Shown here: one piece after another, positions 35,541 to 52,600 of the stretch | Numbering within the stretch: the stretch's first letter is position 1 | Layout: each line of letters begins with the position of its first letter | Assembly: GCA_964016885.1 (NCBI GenBank) | Contig: OZ024741.1 | Location: 216,876,001-216,940,000, forward strand | Direction of reading: 5' to 3' | From: Eledone cirrhosa | Lineage: Eukaryota | Length of the DNA stretch: 64,000 bases | Notes under the pieces: generated by a model | The model's input: the letters and a program-made list of their open reading frames with translations, nothing else | Told to the model about the DNA's origin: nothing | Databases searched by the model: none | Made by a program: the position numbers and the translations under genes

Positions 35541-36185
35541 CATGCACACATATATATATGTACGTATGGATTCACCGAACATTTATTATAATGCTCGGTG
35601 TGTTTGTAAACAAACATCCCGCATTAAGCCGTAGTGTCTAGCAACCATCGTTGCTCGTTTGTTCAACACTGACAAAGGAACGCTGTACTAGTTTCAAGCT
35701 TATTAGCTATGGTCAGCAACGTATACCTTCCTGCCAGATTGTTGAACGTATATACTTACCTTATGCATATTAACGGCTGAGTAGCCCAATTTGCATATCG
35801 AGTGGGTTAATCGGCCGGGTGCACTGAAAAGGATAAACGGAAAAGATGAAACGAAATTTCATTTCCCACTCTTAGTACGGCTGTTACTTAAATATAAGTA
35901 CGTACACCCACTCGATGTGCAAATTGGGCTACTCAGCCGTTAATATGCATAAGGTAAGTATATACGTTCAACAATCTGGCAGGAAGGTATACGTTGCTGA
36001 CCATAGCTAATAAGCTTGAAACTAGTACAGCGTTTCTTTGTCATTGTTGAACAAACGAGCAACGATGGTTGCTGGACACTACGGCTTAATGCGGGATGTT
36101 TGTTTACAAACACACCGAGCATTATAATAAATGTTCGGTGAATCCATACGTACATATATATATGTGTGCATGTATGTATATATAT
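35530..36185. mobile_element. Fold-back element, about 280-bp arms with a variant hammerhead motif; loop duplicates 35395-35469
   Basis: 35530-35807 is the reverse complement of 35906-36185; CGTTG-CTGACCA-TAGCTAATAAGCTT-GAA-ACTAGT-A-CAGCG at 35992-36032. Confidence 0.85.
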
Positions 36186-36236
36186 ATATACATACTACTG
36201 AACGTCTGTATACATATATGTATGTACGTGTACGTA

Positions 36237-36343
<107 letters not shown>

Positions 36344-36350
36344 AAGAAAG

Positions 36351-36530
36351 TGTGGTAAGGAACCAGGTGCTCCATAACGCACCAGAGTATTCGATACTTA
36401 GGGTAGTAGAGTGATAATAGGAAAAGTGTCAGGACCCCAACTGCTGAGCTCCGGCCGTTGCGACAGCTAGATCCGATCTAGCTGTCGAAACGGCCGGAGC
36501 TCAGCCGTCGGGGTCCTGACTCTTTCCCTA
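36351..36530 (+). mobile_element. Hairpin-terminated element (family of 4687-4851)
   Basis: Same head; near-perfect palindrome with about 55-bp arms centred at 36474. Confidence 0.75.
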
Positions 36531-36881
36531 TATATATATAAGCTTTGATTTATTCCTTATCGTTAACATTAATATAAAAAGTAATTATCATTTTATATTT
36601 TTTTACGCGAATTATTTTAGATAAGAGCCTCAAAATTGTATATAGCAGGGGGCCTCACCGGGTGAAAGCTCGGTGCTAGTGATTAATCAAAGAGCGAAAG
36701 GGTGGCGTCCATGACACTTTCAGAGCCTTTGATATCGTAGGGAGGAAGGAAGGGAGATATTCTCAAACCAAAGAGGAGGCTCGAGTGTTGTTAGAGAGTG
36801 GACTGTATGAAAAGCATCCAAGGGTTTCTAAACTATTGGGATTAGTAGTGGGTATCCTCTCTCTCACTATATATATATATA

Positions 36882-36981
36882 TGCAAGGTGTCTAAAAAAA
36901 TGTATACACACTTTGATTACCTATACAGGCCATATTTATTAGAATGCTGTTGAAGTGTGTATAAATCTTTCGGATATTCTG

Positions 36982-36985
<4 letters not shown>
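36882..36985. mobile_element. Tc1/mariner-type MITE
   Basis: Imperfect TIRs CAAGGTGTCTAAAAAAATGTATACACACTT and AAGTGTGTATAAATCTTTCGGATATTCTG in a TA context. Confidence 0.6.
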
Positions 36986-37059
<74 letters not shown>

Positions 37060-37064
<5 letters not shown>

Positions 37065-37370
37065 TAATAAGAGGAATTCCAACTTTGTCTGATTTACTCG
37101 TTTTATTTACAATCCTTTAAAATTTATAATGGTATTATAATGACTTGACTGTCACCACATATTATGAACCTGAAGATTGCGAAAGCATGAAAGTACTTGT
37201 TCAATTAACACTTAGAATTTAATATTCTATCATACACTTTGTAGCACAACTACTGCTACAGATTGTCCAACAAGATATTGCATTTGCAGCGGCAACAGGT
37301 CACCATTTGTAGAAGGATTGTAAATAAAACGAGTAAATCAGACAAAGTTGGAATTCCTCTTATTAATATA
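37060..37370. mobile_element. Fold-back element with perfect 58-bp arms, an internal hammerhead and a captured host exon fragment
   Basis: 37060-37117 is the exact reverse complement of 37313-37370; 37235-37316 matches 38014-38095 at 81/82. Confidence 0.9.
37165..37203 (+). ncRNA. Canonical minimal type I hammerhead ribozyme motif
   Basis: TGAAC-CTGAAGA-T-TGC-GAAA-GCA-T-GAA-AGTACT-T-GTTCA: 5-bp stem I, GNRA-capped stem II, palindromic stem III, CUU cleavage triplet. Confidence 0.8.
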
Positions 37371-37408
37371 ATCTTCTATACACAATCATACACACCCGTG
37401 TATATTTA

Positions 37409-37473
<65 letters not shown>

Positions 37474-37484
37474 ATATATATATA

Positions 37485-37583
<99 letters not shown>

Positions 37584-37671
37584 TGGATGTGGCGCATGTC
37601 TATCGGACATGACACCCTTAATTTAATTTGGGATATATATATATATATATTGATATATCTATCTACTGCAG

Positions 37672-40600
37672 CGTCGGAAGACAAGGTTGGTTGTTCAAAT
37701 GTTCCTGAATTCCACACTCATGATATAGTGAACAGAATTAATAAGAGCCACGCAAGGAAGATGGATCCTGAGACGGGATCTTTCGGGCAGTCGGTAACGA
37801 TATCCACCATGAGATGCACTTCAAATAAAGCCTTTGTTAATATTACTGGCGTTGATGATTTCTGTGAGAGTCAATGTCGACTTGGAAAATGTCACCGTCA
37901 ATGGTGCTCATGTAAAGCAACAACAACAACAACAGGAGAGAGAAAACATAGTTTTAAATGTAGGGTAAGAAAACCTTACGAAAATATCGAGGATCTCTTG
38001 ACATGGTGCTACGCACTTTGTAGCACAACTACTGCTACAGATTGTCCAACAAGATATTGCATTTGCAGCGGCCACAGGTCACCATTTGTAGAAGGCACAA
38101 CAGCAGCAACAACAACAAAAACAACAGTAGATCCAATGGAAGAACCGGAAGAGATAAAAGAAATTATTTGTAGAGTGAGTAGAGCCTACCAAAAGATTCA
38201 AGGGTTGTTAAAATGGTGTTATCGTTTATGTAAGGGATGGTATTGTCCCCGGTCTCATTGTGTATGCAGCGTCGTCTCAGACACTACCCCAGTACCGACA
38301 CCGGCTCTAAGATGCAAGGTGACAAAGGCATTCAAAAGACTCCCTGGTGTGTTGAGTTGGTGTTATGTGATATGCAAAAGGGGCTTTTGCCCGAAATCTT
38401 ACTGCATTTGTAAGAGATCTCTCACGCCACCGCCAACAACGCCCAAAATGGAACTCAGATGCACAGTCAAGAGAAGGTTCCGAGCGATTCGTAGTATGAT
38501 GTATTGGTGTCTTACGAACTGCCCACTGGGTAACTGTCCACAGACACACTGCGAGTGTGCGATGGTTAAAGTGACGTCACTAACAACAACAGCAAGACCT
38601 ACAACAACGAGGCAAATAATAAGAAGAACAAGGATAATAACGAGAATAATAACGCAAATTATTCGCTTCACAATAATAAGGACCCAGCCAACGAGACCTG
38701 GAACAACCATTGAACCACGAACTACTAGGAGAGTACGTAGGAGGAGAATCATAACCAGAATCATAACGATTATAATTAGGTTTACGAGAATAGTGAGACG
38801 AACGACTAAGGCTATCACAACACCAAAGACGACAATAGATAATAAAACAACTGGAACAAGAAAGTCAACAACAACACCAAAAACAAAACCAACAACAAAA
38901 CCAGCAACAACATCAAATACAACTCTAGCAACAACACCAACAACACCGACAACAACACCAACAACAACACCAACTACAACACCAACAACAACACCAAAAA
39001 CAACACCAACAACAACACCAAAAACAACACCAACAACAACACCAACAACAACAACAACACCAACAGCAACAACAACACCAACAACAACACCAACAACAAC
39101 ACCAACTACAACACCAACAACAACACCAACTACAACACCAACTACAACAGCAACCACCACACCAACAACAACACCAACAACAACACCAACTACAACACCA
39201 ACAACAACACCAACTACAACAACAACAACAACAACTACAACAGCAACCACCACACTAACTACAACACCAACAACAACACCAACAACAACACCAACAACAA
39301 CACCAACTACAACACCAACAACAACACCAACTACAAAACTAACTACAACACCAACAACAACACCAACAACAACACCAACTACAACACCAGCCACCACACC
39401 AACAACAACAAAAGCAGCAACACCAACTACAACACCAACTACAACACCAACAACAACACCAACAACAAAACCAACTACAACACCAACCACCACACCAACT
39501 ACAACACCAACTACAACACCAACTACAACACCAACCACCACACCAACTACAATACCAACAACAACACCAACAACAACACCAACAACAACACCAACAACAA
39601 CACCAACTACAACAACACCAACAACAACACCAACAACAACACCAACTACAACACCAACTACAACAACACCAACAACAACACCAACAACAACACCAACTAC
39701 AACACCAACTACAACAACACCAACAACAACACCAACAACAACACCAACTACAACAACACCAACAACAACACCAACAACAACACCAACTACAACACCAACT
39801 ACAACAACACCAACAACAACACCAACAACAACACCAACGACAACACCAACTACAACACCAACAACAACACCAACAACAACACCAACTACAACACCAACTA
39901 CAACAACACCAACAAAAACACCAACAACAACACCAACTACAACACCAACTACAACACCAACAACAACACCAACTACAACACCAACTACAACACCGACTAC
40001 AACACCAACAACAACACCAACAACAACACCAACTACAACACCAACAACAACACCAACAACAACACCAACAACAACACCAACTACAACACCAACAACACCA
40101 ACTACAACACCAACTACAACAACACCAACAAAAACACCAACAACAACACCGACTACAACACCAACAACAACACCCACACCAACAACAACACCAACAACAA
40201 CACCAACAACAACACCAACAACAACACCAACAACAACACTAACAACAACACCAACAACAACACCAACTACAACACCAACAACAACACCAACTACAACGCC
40301 AACAACAACACCAACAACAACACCAACAACAACACCAACTACAACACCAACCACCACACCAACAACAACACCAACAACAACACCAACAACAAAAGCAACA
40401 ACAAAAGCAACTACAACACCAACTACAACACCAACCACCACACCAACAACAACACCAACTACAACACCAACAACAACACCAACAACAAAAGCAACTACAA
40501 CACCAACTACAACACCAACCACCACACCAACAACAACACCAACTACAACACCAACAACAACACCAACTACAACACCAACCACCACACCAACTACAACACC

Positions 40601-43600
40601 AACCACCACACTAACTACAACGCAGACAACAACACCAACTACAACACCAACTGCACTACCAACAACAACACCAACAACAACACCAACAACAACACCAACA
40701 ACAACACCAACTACAACACCAACCACCACACCAACTACAACACCAACCACCACACTAACTACAACGCAGACAACAACACCAACTACAACACCAACAACAC
40801 CAACTACAACACCAATAACAACACCAACAACAAAACCAACTACAACACCAACTACAACACCAACCACCACACCAACAACAACACCAACTACAACACCAAC
40901 AACAACACCAACTACAACACCAACCACCACACCAACTACAACACCAACCACCACACTAACTACAACGCAGACAACAACACCAACTACAACAACAACTACA
41001 ACACTAACAACATCACCAACTACAACACCAACAACAACACCAACCACCACACCAACAACAACACCAACTACAACGCCAACTACAACACCAACTACAACAC
41101 CAACTACAACACCAACAACAACACCAACAACAACACCAACTACAACACCAACTACAACACTAACAACATCACCAACTACAACACCAACAACAACACCAAC
41201 CACCACACCAACAACAACACCAACTACAACACCAACTACAACACCAACTACAACACCAACTACAACACCAACAACAACACCAACAACAACACCAACTACA
41301 ACACCAACTACAACACTAACAACAACACCAACTACAACACTAACAACATCACCAACAACAACACCAACTACAACACCAACTACAACGCCAACTACAACAC
41401 CAACTACAACACCAACTACAACACCAACAACAACACTAACAACATCACCAACAACAACACCAACTACAACGCCAACAACAACACCAACAACAACACCAAC
41501 CACCACACCAACTACAACACCAACTACAACACCAACAACAACACCAACTACAACGCCAACTACAACACCAACAACAACACCAAATACAACACCAACCACA
41601 ACACCAACTACAACACCAACAACAACACCAACAACAACACCAACTACAACACCAACTACAACGCCAACTACAACACCAACAACAACACCAACTACAACAC
41701 CAACTACAACGCCAACCACCACACCAACTACAACACCAACTACAACAACACCTACAACAACACCAACAACAACACCAACAACAACACCAACTACAACACC
41801 AACTACAACACCAACAACGACACCAACTACAACACCAACTACAACCGCAACCACCACACCAACAACAACACCAACTACAACGCCAACCACCACACCAACT
41901 ACAACACCAACTACAACAACACCAACTACAACACCAACAACAACACCAACAACAACACCAACTACAACAATGACCACCACACCAACAACACCAACTACAA
42001 CACCAACTACAACACTAACAACATCACCAACTACACCACCAACAACAACACCAACCACCACACCAACAACAACACCAACAACAACACCAACCACCACACC
42101 AACAACAACACCAACAACAACACCAACTACAACACCAACAACAACACCAACTACAACACCAACAACAACACCAACAACAACACCAACAACAACACCAACA
42201 ACAACACCAACTACAACACCAACTACAACACTAACAACATCACCAACTACAACACCAACAACAACACCAACTACAACACTAACAACATCACCAACAACAA
42301 CACCAACTACAACACCGACTACAACGCCAACTACAACAGCAACTACAACACCAACTACAACACCAACAACAACACTAACAACATCACCAACAACAACACC
42401 AACTACAACACCAACTACAACGCCAACTACAACGCCAACTACAACACCAACTACAACACCAACTACAACACCAACTACAACACCAACTACTACACCATCA
42501 ACAACACCAACTACAACACCAACAATAACGCCAACTACAACACCAACTACAACACCAACAACAACACCAACTACAACACCAACTACAACACCAACAATAA
42601 CGCCAACTACAACACCAACTACAACACCAACAACAACACCAACAACAACACCAACTACAACACCAACAACAACACCAACCACCACACAAACAACAACACC
42701 ATCAATACTAACAACAACACCAACTACAACACCAACCACCACACCAACTACAACACCAACCACCACACCGACAACAACACCAACTACAACACCATCCACC
42801 ACACCAACTACAACACCAACCACCACACCAACTACAACGCAAACAACAACACCAACTACAACACCAACAACAACACCAACTACAACACCAACAACAACAC
42901 CAACAACAACACAAACAACAACACCAACTACAACACCAACAACATCACCAACAACAACAACAACAACACCAACAACAACACCAACAACAACACCAACTAC
43001 AACACTAACTACAACACCAACAACAACACCAACAACAACACCAACAACAACACCAACAACAACACCAACAACAACACCAACTATAACACCAACAACAACA
43101 CCAACTACAACACCAACAACAACACCAACAACAACACCAACAACAACACCAACTACAACACCAACAACAACACCAACTACAACACCAACTACAACAATGA
43201 CCACCACACCAACAACACCAACTACAACACCAACTACAACACTAACAACATCACCAACTACACCACCAACAACAACACCAACCACCACACCAACAACAAC
43301 ACCAACAACAACACCAACTACAACACCAACTACAACACCAACAACAACACCAACAACAACACCAACTACAACACCAACAACAACACCAACAACAACACCA
43401 ACTACAACAATGACCACCACACCAACAACACCAACTACAACACCAACTACAACACTAACAACATCACCAACTACACCACCAACAACAACACCAACCACCA
43501 CACCAACAACAACACCAACTACAACGCCAACAACAACACCAACAACAACACCAACTACAACACTAACTACAACACCAACAACAACACCAACAACAACACC

Positions 43601-46600
43601 AACAACAACACCAACAACAACACCAACAACAACACCAACAACAACACCAACTACAACACCAACAACAACACCAACAACAACACCAACAACAACACCAACA
43701 ACAACACCAACAACAACACCAACAACAACACCAACAACAACACCAACTACAACACCAACAACAACACCAACAACAACACCAACAACAACACCAACAACAA
43801 CACCAACAACAACACCAACAACAACACCAACAACAACACCAACAACAACACCAACTACAACACCAACTACAACACTAACAACATCACCAACTACAACACC
43901 AACAACAACACCAACTACAACACTAACAACATCACCAACAACAACACCAACTACAACACCAACTACAACGCCAACTACAACAGCAACTACAACACCAACT
44001 ACAACACCAACAACAACACTAACAACATCACCAACAACAACACCAACTACAACACCAACTACAACGCCAACTACAACGCCAACTACAACACCAACTACAA
44101 CGCCAACAACAACACCAACTACAACACCAACTACAACACCAACTACTACACCATCAACAACACCAACTACAACACCAACAATAACGCCAACTACAACACC
44201 AACTACAACACCAACAACAACACCAACTACAACACCAACTACAACACCAACAATAACGCCAACTACAACACCAACTACAACACCAACAACAACACCAACA
44301 ACAACACCAACTACAACACCAACAACAACACCAACCACCACACAAACAACAACACCATCAATACTAACTACAACACCAACTACAACACCAACAACAACAC
44401 CAACTACAACACCAACCACCACACCAACTACAACACCAACCACCACACCGACAACAACACCAACTACAACACCATCCACCACACCAACTACAACACCAAC
44501 CACCACACCAACTACAACGCAAACAACAACACCAACTACAACACCAACAACAACACCAACTACAGCACTAACAACAACACCAACAACAACACCAACAACA
44601 ACACCAACTACAACACCAACAACATCACCAACAACAACAACAACAACACCAACAACAACACCAACAACAACAGCAACTACAACACTAACTACAACACCAA
44701 CAACAACACCAACAACAACACCAACAAGAACACCAACAACAACACCAACAACAACACCAACAACAACACCAACTACAACACCAACAACAACACCAACTAC
44801 AACACCAACAACAACACCAACAACAACACTAACAACATCACCAACAACAACACCAACTACAACACCAACTACAACGCCAACTACAACGCCAACTACAACA
44901 CCAACTACAACGCCAACAACAACACCAACTACAACACCAACTACAACACCAACTACTACACCATCAACAACACCAACTACAACACCAACAATAACGCCAA
45001 CTACAACACCAACTACAACACCAACAACAACACCAACTACAACACCAACTACAACACCAATAATAACGCCAACTACAACACCAACTACAACACCAACAAC
45101 AACACCAACAACAACACCAACTACAACACCAACAACAACACCAACCACCACACAAACAACAACACCATCAATACTAACTACAACACCAACTACAACACCA
45201 ACAACAACACCAACTACAACACCAACCACCACACCAACTACAACATCAACCACCACACCGACAACAACACCAACTACAACACCATCCACCACACCAACTA
45301 CAACACCAACCACCACACCAACTACAACGCAAACAACAACACCAACTACAACACAAACAACAACACCAACTACAACACCAACAACAACACCAACAACAAC
45401 ACCAACAACAACACCAACTACAACACCAACAACATCACCAACGGCAACAACAACAACACCAACAACAACACCAACAACAACACCAACTACAACACCAACT
45501 ACAACACCAACCACCACACCAACAATACCAACTACAACACCAACAACAACACCAACTACAACACCAACAACAACACCAACTACAACACCAACCACCACAC
45601 CAACAATACCAACTACAACACCAACAACAACACCAACTACAACACCAACTACAACACCAACTACAACGCCAACAACAACACCAACAACACCAACTACAAC
45701 ACCAACAAAACCAACTACAACACCAACAACAACACCAACTACAACACCAACAACAACACCAACTACAACACCAACTACAACACCAACTACAACACCAAGT
45801 ACAACACCAACAACAAAAGCAACTACAAAGCCAACAACAACACCAACTACAACACCAACAACAACACCAACAACACCAACTACAACACCAACAACAACAC
45901 CAACAACAACACCAACCACCACACCAACTACAACACCAACAACAACACCAACTACAACACCAACTACAACACCAACAACAACACCAACTACAACACCAAC
46001 TACAACACCAACAACAACTCCAACTACAACACCAACTACAACACCAACTACAACACCAACAACAACACCAACTACAACACCAACTACAACACCAACAACA
46101 ACTCCAACAACAAAACCAACTACAACACCAACTACAACTTCAGCAACAACACCAACTACAACACCTACTACAACACCAACCACCACACCAGCAACAACAC
46201 CAACAACAACACCAACTACAACAGCAACAACACCAACTACAACACCAACTACAACACCAACTACACCACCAACAACAACACCAACTACAACACCAACAAT
46301 AACACCAACTACAACACCAACCACCTCACCAACAACAACAACACCAACTACAACACCAACTACAACTCCAACAACAACACCAACTACAACACCAACTACA
46401 ACACCAACAACAACACCAACAACAACACCAACTACAACACCAACAACAACAACACCAACAACAACACCAACTACAACACCAACAACAACACCAACTACAA
46501 CACCAACAACAACACCAACTACAACACCAACAACAACACCAACTACAACACCAACAACAACACCAACCACCACACCAACTACAACACCAACTACAACACC

Positions 46601-49600
46601 AACTACAACACCAACAACAACACCAACAACACCAACTACAACACCAACCACCACACCAACAACAACACCAACTACAACACCAACTACACCACCAACTACA
46701 ACACCAACTACAACACCAACTACACCACCAACTACAACACCAACAACACCAACTACAACACCAACCACCACACCAACAACACCAACACCAACAACAACAC
46801 CAACAACAACACCAACTACAACACCAACAACACCAACTACAACACCAACAACCACACCAACAACACCAACAACAACACCAACAACAACACCAACTACAAC
46901 ACCAACTACAACACCAACAACAACAGCAACAACAACACCAACAACAACACCTACTACAACACCAACAACACCAACTACAACACCAACCACCACACCAACA
47001 ACACCAACTACAACACCAACTACAACACTAACAACATCACCAACTACAACACCAACTACAACACCAACTACAACACCAACAACAACACCAACTACAACGC
47101 CAACTACAACACCAACTACAACACCAACTACAACACCAACTACAACACCAACAACAACGCCAACTACAACACCAACTACAGCACCAACAACAACACCAAC
47201 AACAACACCAACTACAACGCCAACTACAACACCGACTACAACACCAACTACAACACCAACTACAACACCAACAACAACACCAACTACAACACCAACCACC
47301 ACACCAACAACACCAACTACAACACCAACTACAACACCAACTACACCACCAACAACAACACCAACTACAATACCAACAACAACACCAACTACAACACCAA
47401 CAACAACACCAACTACAACACCAACTACAACACCAACAACAACACCAACAACACCAACAACAACACCAACTACAACACCAACTACAACACCAACAACAAC
47501 ACCAACAACACCAACTACAACACCAACTACAACACCAACTACACCACCAACAACAACTCCAACTACAACACCAACAACAACACCAACACCAACTACAACA
47601 CCAACAACAACACCAACTACAACACCAACTACAACACCAACTACAACACCAACAACAACACCAACTACAACACCAACTACAACACCAACAACAACAACAA
47701 CACCAACTACAACACCAACAACAACACCAACTACAACACCAACAACAACGCCAACTACAATACCAACTACAAATCCAACTACAACACCAACAACTAATCC
47801 AACTACAACCCCAACAACAACACTAACAACATCACCAACTACAACACCAACAACAACACCAACTACAACGCCAACTACAACACCAACTACAACACCAACT
47901 ACAACACCAACTACAACACCAACTACAACACCAACAACAACGCCAACTACAACACCAACTACAGCACCAACAACAACACCAACAACAACACCAACTACAA
48001 CGCCAACTACAACACCGACTACAACACCAACTACAACACCAACTACAACACCAACATCAACACCAACAACAACACCAACAACAACACCAACTACACCACC
48101 AACAACAACACCAACAACAACACCAACAACAACACCAACTACAACACCAGCTACAACACCAACTACAACACCAACAACAACACCAACTACAACACCAACT
48201 ACAACACCAACAACAACTCCAACAACAAAACCAACTACAACACCAACTACAACTTCAACAACAACACCAACTACAACACCTACTACAACACCAACCACCA
48301 CACCAGCAACAACACCAACAACAACACCAACTACAACACCAACAACACCAACTACAACACCAACTACAACACCAACTACACCACCAACAACAACACCAAC
48401 TACAACACCAACAATAACACCAACTACAACACCAACCACCTCACCAACAACAACAACACCAACTACAACACCAACTACAACTCCAACAACAACACCAACT
48501 ACAACACCAACTACAACACCAACAACAACACCAACAACAACACCAACTACAACACCAACAACAACACCAACAACAACACCAACTACAACACCAACAACAA
48601 CACCAACTACAACACCAACAACAACACCAACTACAACACCAACAACAACACCAACTACAACACCAACAACAACACCAACCACCACACCAACTACAACACC
48701 AACTACAACACCAACTACAACACCAACAACAACACCAACAACACCAACTACAACACCAACCACCACACCAACAACAACACCAACTACAACACCAACTACA
48801 CCACCAACTACAACACCAACTACAACACCAACTACACCACCAACTACAACACCAACAACACCAACTACAACACCAACCACCACACCAACAACACCAACAC
48901 CAACAACAACACCAACAACAACACCAACTACAACACCAACAACACCAACTACAACACCAACCACCACACCAACAACACCAACAACAACACCAACAACAAC
49001 ACCAACTACAACACCAACTACAACACCAACAACAACACCAACAACAACACCAACAACAACACCTACTACAACACCAACAACACCAACTACAACACCAACC
49101 ACCACACCAACAACACCAACTACAACACCAACTACAACACTAACAACATCACCAACTACAACACCAATAACAACACCAACCACCACACCAACAACAACAC
49201 CAACTACAACGCCAACTACAACACCAACTACAACACCAACTACAACACCAACTACAACACCAACAACAACACCAACTACAACGCCAACTACAACACCAAC
49301 TACAACACCAACTACAACACCAACTACAACACCAACAACAACGCCAACTACAACACCAACTACAGCACTAACAACAACACCAACAACAACACCAACTACA
49401 ACGCCAACTACAACACCGACTACAACACCAACTACAACACCAACTACAACACCAACAACAACACCAACTACAACACCAACCACCACACCAACAACACCAA
49501 CTACAACACCAACTACAACACCAACTACACCACCAACAACAACACCAACTACAATACCAACAACAACACCAACTACAACACCAACAACAACACCAACTAC

Positions 49601-52600
49601 AACACCAACTACAACACCAACAACAACACCAACAACACCAACAACAACACCAACTACAACACCAACTACAACACCAACAACAACACCAACAACACCAACT
49701 ACAACACCAACTACAACACCAACTACACCACCAACAACAACTCCAACTACAACACCAACAACAACACCAACAACAACACCAACTACAACACCAACAACAA
49801 CACCAATTACAACACCAACTACAACACCAACAACAACTCCAACTACAACACCAACTACAACACCAACTACAACACCAACAACAACACCAACTACAACACC
49901 AACTACAACACCAACAACAACAACAACACCAACTACAACACCAACAACAACACCAACTACAACACCAACCACCACACCAACAACAACAACACCAACTACA
50001 ACACCAACTACAACTCCAACAACAACACCAACTACAACACCAACTACAACACCAACAACAACACCAACAACAACACCAACAACAACACCAACTACAACAC
50101 CAACTACAACACCAACAACAACACCAACTACAACACCAACAACAACACCAACAACAACACCAACTACAACACCAACAACAACACCAACTACAACACCAAC
50201 TACAACACCAACAACAACACCAACAACAACACCAACAACAACACCAACAACAACACCAACTACAACACCAACAACACCAACTACAACACCAACTACAACA
50301 CCAACAACACCAACTACAACACCAACCACCACACCAACAACACCAACACCAACAACAACACCAACAACAACACCAACTACAACACCAACAACACCAACTA
50401 CAACACCAACCACCACACCAACAACACCAACTACAACACCAACTACAACACTAACAACATCACCAACAACAACACCAACTACAACGCCAACTACAACACC
50501 AACTACAAATCCAACTACAACACCAACAACAAATCCAACTACAACCTCAACAACAACACTAACAACATCACCAACTACAACACCAACAACAACACCAACT
50601 ACAACGCCAACTACAACACCAACTACAACACCAACTACAACACCAACTACAACACCAACTACAACACCAACAACAACGCCAACTACAACATCAACTACAG
50701 CACCAACAACAACACCAACAACAACACCAACTACAACGCCAACTACAACACCGACTACAACACCAACTACAACACCAACTACAACACCAACATCAACACC
50801 AACAACAACACCAACAACAACACCAACTACACCACCAACAACAACACCAACAACAACACCAACAACAACACCAACTACAACACCAACTACAACACCAACA
50901 ACAACACCAACTACAACACCAACAACAACACCAACTACAACACCAACCACCACACCAACAACACCAACTACAACACCAACTACAACACCAACTACACCAC
51001 CAACAACAACACCAACTACAATACCAACAACAACACCAACTACAACACCAACAACAACACCAACTACAACACCAACTACAACACCAACAACAACACCAAC
51101 AACACCAACAACAACACCAACTACAACACCAACTACAACACCAACAACAACACCAACAACACCAACTACAACACCAACTACAACACCAACTACAACACCA
51201 ACAACAACTCCAACTACAACACCAACAACAACACCAACAACAACACCAACTACAACACCAACAACAACACCAACTACAACACCAACTACAACACCAACAA
51301 CAACTCCAACTACAACACCAACTACAACACCAACTACAACACCAACAACAACACCAACTACAACACCAACTACAACACCAACAACAACAACAACACCAAC
51401 TACAACACCAACAACAACACCAACTACAACACCAACCACCACACCAACAACAACAACACCAACTACAACACCAACTACAACTCCAACAACAACACCAACT
51501 ACAACACCAACTACAACACCAACAACAACACCAACAACAACACCAACAACAACACCAACTACAACACCAACTACAACACCAACAACAACACCAACTACAA
51601 CACCAACAACAACACCAACAACAACACCAACTACAACACCAACTACAACACCAACAACAACACCAACAACAACACCAACAACAACACCAACAACAACACC
51701 AACTACAACACCAACAACACCAACTACAACACCAACTACAACACCAACAACACCAACTACAACACCAACCACCACACCAACAACACCAACACCAACGACA
51801 ACACCAACAACAACACCAACTACAACACCAACAACACCAACTACAACACCAACCACCACACCAACAACACCAACTACAACACCAACTACAACACTAACAA
51901 CATCACCAACAACAACACCAACTACAACGCCAACTACAACACCAACTACAAATCCAACTACAACACCAACAACAAATCCAACTACAACCTCAACAACAAC
52001 ACTAACAACATCACCAACTACAACACCAACAACAACACCAACTACAACGCCAACTACAACACCAACTACAACACCAACTACAACACCAACTACAACACCA
52101 ACTACAACACCAACAACAACGGCAACTACAACATCAACTACAGCACCAACAACAACACCAACAACAACACCAACTACAACGCCAACTACAACACCGACTA
52201 CAACACCAACTACAACACGAACTACAACACCAACATCAACACCAACAACAACACCAACAACAACACCAACTATACCACCAACAACAACACCAACAACAAC
52301 ACCAACAACAACACCAACTACAACACCAACTACAACACCAACAACAACACCAACAACAACACCAACAACAACACCAACTACAACACCAACAACACCAACT
52401 ACAACACCAACCACCACACCAACAACACCAACTACAACACCAACTACAACACCAACTACACCACCAACAACAACTCCAACTACAACACCAACAACAACAC
52501 CAACTACAACACCAACAACAACACCAACTACAACACCAACTACAACACCAACAACAACACCAACTACAACACCAACTACAACACCAACAACAACTCCAAC

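Noticed and set aside
37263-37671. N-terminal 136 aa of the 7639-aa ORF
   Set aside because: Runs through a fold-back element and (TA)n; intronic, upstream of the acceptor at 37671.
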